Below, one piece after another: positions 7,806-15,775 of a DNA stretch of 32,000 nucleotides. The position numbers and the translations under genes were made by a program. Below the pieces are notes generated by a model. The model was given only the letters and a program-made list of their open reading frames with translations, did no database searches and was not told where the DNA came from. The DNA lies in NCBI RefSeq assembly GCF_000175255.2, contig NC_017262.1, forward strand, positions 750,001-782,000, given 5' to 3'. The stretch comes from Zymomonas mobilis subsp. mobilis ATCC 10988 (GTDB taxonomy: Bacteria > Pseudomonadota > Alphaproteobacteria > Sphingomonadales > Sphingomonadaceae). Numbering within the stretch: position 1 is the stretch's first letter; each line of letters opens with the position of its first letter.

Positions 7806-10544
7806 ATGACTCTTACTAAAATGTTGATTGACGCCCGCCACAGGGAAGAAACCCGGGTTGCCGTCATCAAAGGTAACCGTATCGAAGAATTTGATTTTGA
7901 ATCGGCTGACCGTCGCCAATTAAAAGGCAATATTTATCTGGCCAAGGTTACCCGTGTCGAACCTTCCTTACAGGCGGCTTTTGTCGATTATGGCGGCAAT
8001 CGTCAGGGATTTTTAGCTTTTTCAGAAATTCACCCCGATTATTATCAAATTCCCCGCGAAGACCGCGAAGCGCTTCTTCGTGAGGAAGAAGAATATTCTG
8101 CACGCCATAACAAGCAGCAGGAAAGTGAAGATGATGAAGAGGGCGAAGATCTCTCTGATTCCGAAGCCATCCGCAACGATGCCAATGATGACAGCCTCGA
8201 AAATTTAAGAAATCGGCGGCGACATTTTGGGCGGCATCATTACCGGATACAGGATGTTATCCGGCGGCGGCAGGTTTTGCTGGTTCAGGTTGTCAAAGAA
8301 GAACGCGGTAACAAAGGCGCCGCTCTCACGACCTATCTTTCTTTGGCTGGTCGCTATTGCGTCTTGATGCCGAATACCAGCAATGGTGGCGGTATTTCCC
8401 GCAAAATTTCCAATCTAGCCGATCGGAAAAGATTAAAGTCCATCATGGCAGAATTAAATCTGCCTAGCTCAATGGGCTGCATTGTCAGAACGGCTGGCCT
8501 GCAACGAACAAAAACCGAAATCAAACGCGATTTCGATTATCTTGCCCGCTTATGGGATGAAATTCGCGAAAAAACGCTTTTGTCACAGGCTCCGGCGCTT
8601 ATCTATGGCGATAGCGATCTTGTGAAACGGGCTATCCGTGACATCTATAGCCGCGAAATTGATGAAATTCTGGTCGAAGGCGATGACGGTTATCGGGCGG
8701 CACGGAATTTCATGAAGCTGTTGATGCCTAGCCACGTCCGCAAAGTGCGGCCTTATGCTGATCCGGCACCTCTGTTTCAGCGTTTCGGAGTAGAAGCGCA
8801 GCTTAACGCCATGTATCAGCCGATTGTTCAGCTTAAATCGGGCGGTTATCTGGTTATCAATCCAACCGAAGCCTTGGTCTCGATTGATATCAACTCTGGC
8901 CGTTCGACGCGCGAACATAATATTGAGCAGACGGCCACCGCAACCAATCTCGAAGCGGCAGCCGAAATCGCAAGACAGCTTCGCCTGCGCGATATGGCCG
9001 GATTGATTGTCATTGACTTCATTGACATGGAATCAAGCGCCAATATCCGTCGGGTTGAAAAGGCCATGAAAGATGCCTTGAAACATGACCGCGCCCGTAT
9101 TCAGGTCGGCCATATTTCCAGCTTCGGCCTAATGGAAATGAGCCGCCAACGTTTAAGAACCGGTATGCTCGAAGCCTCGACTGTCCCCTGCCCGCATTGT
9201 CAGGGATCGGGATTGATGCTGACCACGCCTTCTGCAGGTTTGATGGCCTTGCGGATGATCGAAGATGAAGCCTCACGCGGCAATGGCAGTCAGATTCACG
9301 TTTTGACTTCACTTGATTCCGCTATTTATGTCCTCAACAAAAAGCGGAAAGAACTGGGCAGCATCGAAACCCTTTATGGGGTGACGATCCTGATCGATGG
9401 CGATCCTCTGCGTGGCAATAATCAGATATCCGTAGAATCGGCAGGGCCTCCCCCCAGCCATGGCCTGATGTTACCACCGCCTTTGCCGACTTCCTCACCA
9501 GACGAAATCGACGATTATGAGGAAGAGCCAGAGATCGAAGAAATCGAAGCTGAAGAGGTTATCGAAGCCCCCTTCCGTCGGAATCATCGCCAAAATATGG
9601 CTCGTCGCAATTCGTCCTATAATGCCGAAGTAGCGATTCAGGATAACCAACGTATGGAGCCCAAAGAGGCTACACAGGCGTTCCTGAATACAGAAGAAGA
9701 TGCCAGCCACGAAGAAGACAGCGAACATAGCCGTCGTAATCGTCGCAGTCGGCGGGGCAGACGAGGCGGTCGTCGTCGCAATGGTGAAAATTTTGCCGAA
9801 AAACCTTTGATGCTTTCTTCGGAGGCCTCAGAAGCCACATCGCCTGATGAGGATACCCCCATCAAGGAAAGCTATGAAAGCGAAGCTCTGCCGGTAGAAA
9901 AAGACGTTGCAGAAAAAAGCACGCCGACAGAAGAAACCAGCGAAGCTGAAAACAAAACAGCTCGCAGCAGTCGGACAAGACGCCGCCCTCGCGCTCGCTC
10001 ACCTAAAGTAGAAAGCGAAAGCTATCAGGCACCGGCAAATGTTCTTCACGAAGAAACGCCTCCGACGGAAACAGCCGTCGTAGAAGTGAAGAACGAAGAA
10101 CCGATTGCAGAAAAACCGGCCACCGAGGCAGAAACAGCGGTCGTCGCTTCCAGTGAACCCGAAACGGTAGAAGAAACAAAACCAAAGCGGGTCAGAAAAC
10201 GGACAACGACTACCCGTCGTAAAAAAGCGGAACCGAAAACCGCGGACAAAGCCGAGGAGTCAGAAGACAGCGAAGCCGAAGCCAAGCCAAAACGTCCGGC
10301 GACAAGACGGACGAGAACGACCAAGGCCGCTACAGCAAAAGTAGCCGCTAAAAAGGCTGAAACCGAAAGCGAAACGCCAGTCGTCGTCAAGGCTGAAGCC
10401 AAGACGGTTGAAAAGGCGGATGACACGGCCATCAAATCAGAAACCCCCAAGGATTCTGATGCTGCCCCTGTATCCGACAGCAAGGAAGAAGCTGAAAAGC
10501 CAGCTCCCCGTCGTGGTTGGTGGCAGCGGACATTTGGTGAATAA
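7806..10544 (+). CDS. rne: Ribonuclease E
   Basis: 912 aa. The N-terminal catalytic half aligns with E. coli RNase E ([71 protein letters not shown] zinc link). The C-terminal half is a low-complexity charged scaffold. GGAG lies 8 nt upstream of the ATG. Confidence 0.95.
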   Translation: [912 protein letters not shown]

Positions 10545-10567
10545 AAATATTCACACAGTCTAAAAAA

Positions 10568-10604
10568 AGAGCAGGGTATAAAAACCCTGCTCTTTTTGTT
10601 TTTT
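10568..10604 (+). terminator. Rho-independent terminator of rne
   Basis: Perfect 10-bp stem AGAGCAGGGT/ACCCTGCTCT with a 6-nt loop, followed by TTTTTGTTTTTT. It starts 24 nt after the rne stop. Confidence 0.85.
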
Positions 10605-10879
10605 AGAAAAAGAAAAAATAATAAATATAGAAAAACACCAACAAGATAATTCACACTAAACCGAAATATAAAGAACATTTCGATTTAAATACTTTAAAAT
10701 ATGATAAAAAATCGAAAATATGGATATTCAATATTTAATTTTAAAAATTAAAAAGAGTGCTTCACAATTTATAAAAAATATTTATCAAACTTTTATCCAT
10801 TCCGGTCGTTATCTTATAAATAAGCGCTTATATCTGGGTGTAGAGTCCGTTCTTTAGCTATCAGGGTTTTCATTTTTTC

Positions 10880-12238
10880 ATGATACGCCGTTTTTGGCTC
10901 TTCATCTCTTGTTTGATGATCAGCTTTACGTTGATTCAGTCAGCCGCCTTTGCACAGGAAATTCTTCAGGATGCCGAGAGCGATGCTCTTTTAAAGAAGG
11001 CATTGGCACCTTTGGTCGCGGCTACTGGATTACGGGATGTCAAAATCCTGATCGTCAATGATTCTGAAATCAATGCCTTTGTTGCCGGTGGACAGATGGT
11101 CTTTATCAATTCTGGCACGATCATGGCAGCCGATAACATCAACCAGATTCAAGGCGTTGTCGCCCATGAATTAGGGCATGTAACCGCAGGGCATGTTATC
11201 AACTCAAGCGGTATTAAAGAAGCAGGACGCATCAGTGTCGCGGCAATGATTTTACAAGCGGTTTTGGTACCGCTTTCTGCCATCGTTCCAGCAGCGGGTG
11301 CCATCGGAACCATGCTAGGCGGGATCGGCAGTCAGGTCGCGGTGCAGCATTACCTTGCCTTCACCCGTACACAAGAAGCCAGTGCCGATGCCGCTGCCGT
11401 CAAATTTTTAAAAAGAGCGGATATCTCTGGACGAGGTTTGTTGGAATTTTTCGGAAAAATCCGCAAAATGGAATATCGCTCGATGCCCGCCGATTCCGAT
11501 GGAAGCTTTGCCAGCGACCATCCTATGACGGCTGATCGTGAAATGATGCTTCGGGGTGATCTTGAGAATCTCCCTTCTTGGAACCGTCCCATAGATCCCC
11601 AGTTACAGCAGAGCTTCCTTCGGGTCAGAGCCAAATTAACCGGCTATCTTGCTGACCCTAACGAAGTACTGAAAGAATATCCGGACGATGCCCATAATAT
11701 TCCCGATCTTTACGCTCGGGCTTATGCTTTTCATCGCCTGTCCTATTTCAAGCAATCAATGGATGAAGTTGAAAAGCTGCTCAAACTCATTCCTAAAGAC
11801 CCCTATTTTCTGGAATTAAAGGGTCAAATTCTACTCGAATCCGGCCATCCGGATGACGCTTTGGAACCCTATAGAGAGGCAACCGAAATATCACAGTCGC
11901 CGCTTATTGCGGCCTCCTTTGGTCACGCCTTGATGGCAACAGAAGATTCTTCCCATTATGCTGAAGCTAAAAAAGTGCTGACAGTTGCCGTTGATCGGGA
12001 AGAGGATAATCCGCTTGCATGGTTTGTCCTTGGCAGCATCTATGACCGCGAAGGCGATGTTGCCCATATGAATTTGGCCACTGCCGAACGCTACAGCCTT
12101 AGTGGTCAAACCACTCTAGCGATGGATGCGGCGGATATGGCGCTAAAAGGACTTGATCCGAATAGCGCTGAATGGCGACGTGCTAACGATATTGCGACAA
12201 CGGCCCGTCAGGCACTGGCTAGCAAGAAGAAAAAATAA
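10880..12238 (+). CDS. Periplasmic M48-family zinc metalloprotease with C-terminal TPR-like region (BepA/YfgC-like)
   Basis: 452 aa. Signal peptide (LMISFTLIQSAAFAQE). HEXXH zinc site (AHELGHVTAGH). The helical repeat-like C-terminal half resembles BepA-type proteins. Confidence 0.8.
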   Translation: MIRRFWLFISCLMISFTLIQSAAFAQEILQDAESDALLKKALAPLVAATGLRDVKILIVNDSEINAFVAGGQMVFINSGTIMAADNINQIQGVVAHELGHVTAGHVINSSGIKEAGRISVAAMILQAVLVPLSAIVPAAGAIGTMLGGIGSQVAVQHYLAFTRTQEASADAAAVKFLKRADISGRGLLEFFGKIRKMEYRSMPADSDGSFASDHPMTADREMMLRGDLENLPSWNRPIDPQLQQSFLRVRAKLTGYLADPNEVLKEYPDDAHNIPDLYARAYAFHRLSYFKQSMDEVEKLLKLIPKDPYFLELKGQILLESGHPDDALEPYREATEISQSPLIAASFGHALMATEDSSHYAEAKKVLTVAVDREEDNPLAWFVLGSIYDREGDVAHMNLATAERYSLSGQTTLAMDAADMALKGLDPNSAEWRRANDIATTARQALASKKKK

Positions 12239-12268
12239 CCGACTTAACCCTGAAAGGAACCGCCCAAT

Positions 12269-13048
12269 ATGCCCGATATGCCGCAGCCAACCGAGGAAGT
12301 AAGAGTGGAAAATAACAGCTGTCATAAAAAAAGTTGCCTTTGTTCTGCTCTAGCTGGAGCCGTCGGTGGTGGCGTTGTCGTGCTAGGCTATCTGTTATCA
12401 AGCCATTTGATATCAGGAAAATCGGGCGAACCGGTTCGGGACTATCTTATGGAACATCCCGAAGTTATTCCCCAAGCCATGGAAGCGCTACAGCAACGGG
12501 AAACCGACAAGCTAGTTTCACAAAACAGAACGGCTTTGGAAATGCCTTTTGCGGGTGCATGGGATGGGGCAGAAAAAGGCCGCGTGACGATTGTCGAATT
12601 CTCGGACTATGCTTGCGGTTTTTGTCGTAAAGCCAACGGCGATCTCAACCGCCTTTTATCCGAAGATAAAGATATCCGTCTGGTGATACGGCAATTGCCA
12701 ATCTTGGGGCCCGACAGTGAGATTGCTGCTCGCACAGCATTAGCTATTGCGAAAAACAGTTCTAAATTCAGTGAATTTCATCACCAGATTTATAACAGCA
12801 AACATCTTTCACCCGAAGTCATCGTCGATATCGTCAAATCCTTAGGACTCAATCCTCAGGACATCGCTAAACAGGGTAGCGATCCAGCCATCACGCAAGA
12901 GATTACTAAAAATATTCTACTGGCGAGAGAATTGGGTCTAACCGGCACGCCTGCCTTTATTATTGGAGACAAAGTCTTCTCCGGTGTTGCTGGATATGAC
13001 GCCTTAAAGGAAGCTGTCGCCAAAATTCGAGAAAAATCGTCAAAATAA
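12269..13048 (+). CDS. DsbA-family thiol:disulfide oxidoreductase, membrane-anchored
   Basis: 259 aa. N-terminal hydrophobic anchor (ALAGAVGGGVVVLGYLL). Thioredoxin-fold active site CGFC in EFSDYACGFCRKA. AAAGGAA RBS upstream. Only 30 bp after the M48 gene, so probably co-transcribed. Confidence 0.85.
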   Translation: MPDMPQPTEEVRVENNSCHKKSCLCSALAGAVGGGVVVLGYLLSSHLISGKSGEPVRDYLMEHPEVIPQAMEALQQRETDKLVSQNRTALEMPFAGAWDGAEKGRVTIVEFSDYACGFCRKANGDLNRLLSEDKDIRLVIRQLPILGPDSEIAARTALAIAKNSSKFSEFHHQIYNSKHLSPEVIVDIVKSLGLNPQDIAKQGSDPAITQEITKNILLARELGLTGTPAFIIGDKVFSGVAGYDALKEAVAKIREKSSK

Positions 13049-13111
13049 TATTTTCGGATCCAAAGAAATATTTTGTTATTATTCTATTCTTGCTTTGGAT
13101 AGCTGACATGG

Positions 13112-13142
13112 AGATATCACCTTCTCCAAAAAGGTGATATCT
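13112..13142 (+). terminator. Hairpin downstream of the DsbA-like gene (probable terminator)
   Basis: Perfect 10-bp stem AGATATCACC/GGTGATATCT with an 11-nt loop, then ATATTTCAAAAAT. The U-tract is weak. Confidence 0.5.
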
Positions 13143-13380
13143 ATATTTCAAAAATATCCCACATATAACATATATATACTTTTTTTATTTCTTTAAAAAA
13201 ATAAAATTATTTTTTTAGAAAAAAATTAATAAGAACAATAGTCCGACAAAATATCTTTTTTAAAGCCTTCCAATTTAAATAATAAAATGATACCAATATT
13301 TCAAAATAGGGGGAATTTCTTAAGAAAAACCTTTTTTATATTTGCAAAGATTCTATGTTAACAAATATTGCAAGCATCGC

Positions 13381-14298
13381 ATGAAAGCGCATAAAGTAAA
13401 AAAAGATACATCAAATCTTGCTATTCTAATTCATCAGGCGTCAGAAAATTTCACGCAGGCTGAAAGGCGAATTGCTCAGATATTATTTGCCAGCGATATG
13501 ATGGCCGGTTTAGAAACCGTTGCAAAACTGGGGGCGAAGGCCAAAGTAAGCGGGCCCACCGTGCTGCGCTTCGTTTCAAAATTGGGTTTCAGCAGTTTTC
13601 CTGAATTTCAAGCCAGTTTACGGGGCGAGTTATATCAAAAACTCATCTATAATACGCCCCAAAATCAGGATGATACCGCCAATCATGTCAGCGACCGTCC
13701 AGCCGTTGCGTCTGTGCTTCAAGAAGCTGACAGCTTCTTTGAAAATTGTATGCACAGGACGTTACAGCAGATCAACGCTTGTGAATTAGAGGATGTGACC
13801 GAACTTCTGGCCGATTGCTCGCGCAATGTTTACATTGTCGGTAACCATCTCACACATCCGATTGCCGAATTATTCTGGTATCAGTTACACCGATTACGCC
13901 CTCGCACGCATTTGGTGCAGAACAATGCTTTTACGCCTTATGAACAACTCATAGATAGCGGAAGACGTGATATCTTGTTGCTCTTTGATATCTGCCATTA
14001 TCAAGAAGACATTGCTCTCTTGGCGGAACAGGCACATCAAAGACGCACCACCATTATTCTGATAACGGATCCGAAATTATCACCGGTTTCCCGTTTGGCA
14101 CATCATGTATTGACCTGCGATTTTACGCTTTTCACATCACATGAATCTTTGGTGCCTTGTCTGGTCATGGTAGAATTGCTGGCGGCATCGCTTGAAAAAA
14201 AGCTTGGAGCGGATGCGCTTATCCGGCAGCAAAATATAGAAAAAGCGGAACAGGATCTAAAAGAAAAACATCTTTTTCCCCGCCCGCCACAAAATTAG
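13381..14298 (+). CDS. RpiR/MurR-family transcriptional regulator (HTH_6 + SIS domain)
   Basis: N-terminal RpiR HTH (FTQAERRIAQILF...LETVAKLGAKAKVSGPTVLRFVSKLGFSSFPEF). C-terminal SIS-like domain (NVYIVGNHLTHPIA...ILLLFD...ILITD). I prefer ATG 13381 (MKAHKV) over the TTG at 13342 used by the ORF track. Confidence 0.8.
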   Translation: MKAHKVKKDTSNLAILIHQASENFTQAERRIAQILFASDMMAGLETVAKLGAKAKVSGPTVLRFVSKLGFSSFPEFQASLRGELYQKLIYNTPQNQDDTANHVSDRPAVASVLQEADSFFENCMHRTLQQINACELEDVTELLADCSRNVYIVGNHLTHPIAELFWYQLHRLRPRTHLVQNNAFTPYEQLIDSGRRDILLLFDICHYQEDIALLAEQAHQRRTTIILITDPKLSPVSRLAHHVLTCDFTLFTSHESLVPCLVMVELLAASLEKKLGADALIRQQNIEKAEQDLKEKHLFPRPPQN

Positions 14299-14388
14299 AT
14301 TCACAGGCTCTTTTTTTTGATAAAGTTTTAAAAAACCTGCTTTATTTCATCCTAATTTATCTATTACCTATTCTTAATAGGAGATAAT

Positions 14389-15750
14389 ATGGTTAGCAGT
14401 GTTTTCGAATTGTTCAAAATAGGCATTGGGCCTTCGTCCTCCCACACGATGGGGCCCATGATCGCCGCCGCCGATTTCATTCAAGCGCTGGACAAAAAAC
14501 AGGTAAGCCGGATTGTGGTTACCCTTTTCGGCTCTTTGGCACTGACCGGACGCGGCCATGCCACCGATCGTGCGATTTTATTAGGTCTATCCGGTGAAAG
14601 ACCGGATCAAGTCAATGTCGACGACATCGAACCGATTATCAGCCGTATTCAACAGGAAAAAGCTCTCCATTTTGCAAATGGAGACATCATTCCCTTTGAC
14701 CCTGACAAAGACATCCTTTGGGAAAAGAAAAAACGGTTATCCTTTCATTCCAATGCGATGCATTTTGTCGCCTACAACCATAAAAACCATATTCTCCTTG
14801 AGAACACAGCCTATTCTATCGGAGGTGGGACAATTGTTGAACGCGCCCCAGAAGAGGGCGCAAAATTGCCGCCACAACTACAAGATGAAGATATCCCCTA
14901 TCCGTATCATTCCGCGCGGGACTTACTGGAAATCGCTATCGAAACGGGGCTTTCCATTGCCGACATCCAACGCCAGAATGAATTGGCAAGCCTCAGTGAA
15001 GAAGAATTAACGCAAGGCATTGAACGCATTGCCCAAACTATGGAAGAATGCATCGAACGCGGGATGAGTGAAACCGGCGTTCTGCCGGGCGGTTTGCGGG
15101 TCAGACGACGCGCCCCTGCCCTTTATGCCCGATTAAAAGCGATCCATAGCGATCGCGCCATTGACCCTCTAGCGGCTTTGGATTGGATCAATCTTTGGGC
15201 TTTGGCTGTTAATGAAGAAAATGCTTCGGGTGGTCGAATTGTTACTGCGCCAACCAACGGAGCAGCTGGCATCATTCCTGCTGTTTTGCGTTATTATCGC
15301 CGTTTCATCCAAGGTGACATCACAAAAGGGATTGAAAATTTTCTGCTAACCGCAACCGCTATTGGCGCGCTATTCAAGGAAAACGCTTCCATTTCGGGGG
15401 CAGAGGTCGGCTGTCAGGGTGAAGTCGGGGTCGCTTGCTCAATGGCTGCCGCTGGTTTTGCTGCGGCCTTGGATGCGTCTCCTCGCCAGATAGAAAATGC
15501 CGCTGAAATCGGCATGGAACATAATCTTGGCTTAACCTGCGATCCTATTGGAGGATTAGTGCAGGTGCCTTGCATTGAAAGAAATGCGGTTGGCTCAATC
15601 AAGGCAATCGAAGCAGCACGCTTGGCGATGATTGGGGACGGTAATCATCGCGTCAGTCTCGATCAGGTTATTGAGACGATGCTCCGAACTGGCCTTGATA
15701 TGAATGCTAATTACAAGGAAACCTCACAAGGAGGATTAGCCCTCTGTTAA
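14389..15750 (+). CDS. sdaA: L-serine ammonia-lyase (iron-sulfur L-serine dehydratase, single chain)
   Basis: 453 aa. Diagnostic N-terminus [20 protein letters not shown] and conserved C-terminal core ([41 protein letters not shown]). AGGAG RBS upstream. Confidence 0.92.
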   Translation: MVSSVFELFKIGIGPSSSHTMGPMIAAADFIQALDKKQVSRIVVTLFGSLALTGRGHATDRAILLGLSGERPDQVNVDDIEPIISRIQQEKALHFANGDIIPFDPDKDILWEKKKRLSFHSNAMHFVAYNHKNHILLENTAYSIGGGTIVERAPEEGAKLPPQLQDEDIPYPYHSARDLLEIAIETGLSIADIQRQNELASLSEEELTQGIERIAQTMEECIERGMSETGVLPGGLRVRRRAPALYARLKAIHSDRAIDPLAALDWINLWALAVNEENASGGRIVTAPTNGAAGIIPAVLRYYRRFIQGDITKGIENFLLTATAIGALFKENASISGAEVGCQGEVGVACSMAAAGFAAALDASPRQIENAAEIGMEHNLGLTCDPIGGLVQVPCIERNAVGSIKAIEAARLAMIGDGNHRVSLDQVIETMLRTGLDMNANYKETSQGGLALC

Positions 15751-15775
15751 AGGGCTATTCCTCCTTTGGAAAAGG

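Noticed and set aside
7525-7809. 94-aa ORF upstream of rne
   Set aside because: It has no RBS and a Cys/Ala/Ser-rich composition unlike a protein. It coincides with the hairpin-dense GC island, which is better explained as the rne leader RNA.
10046-10678. 210-aa ORF antisense to the RNase E C-terminus
   Set aside because: It is an artefact of the repetitive GAA/GCC-rich coding of the charged RNase E tail. It is Ser/Ala/Val-rich low complexity and extends through the rne terminator.
13342-13380. TTG start for the RpiR gene
   Set aside because: The 13 extra residues (QRFYVNKYCKHR) lie in AT-rich promoter-like DNA. The ATG at 13381 gives an N-terminus of the usual length before the HTH.
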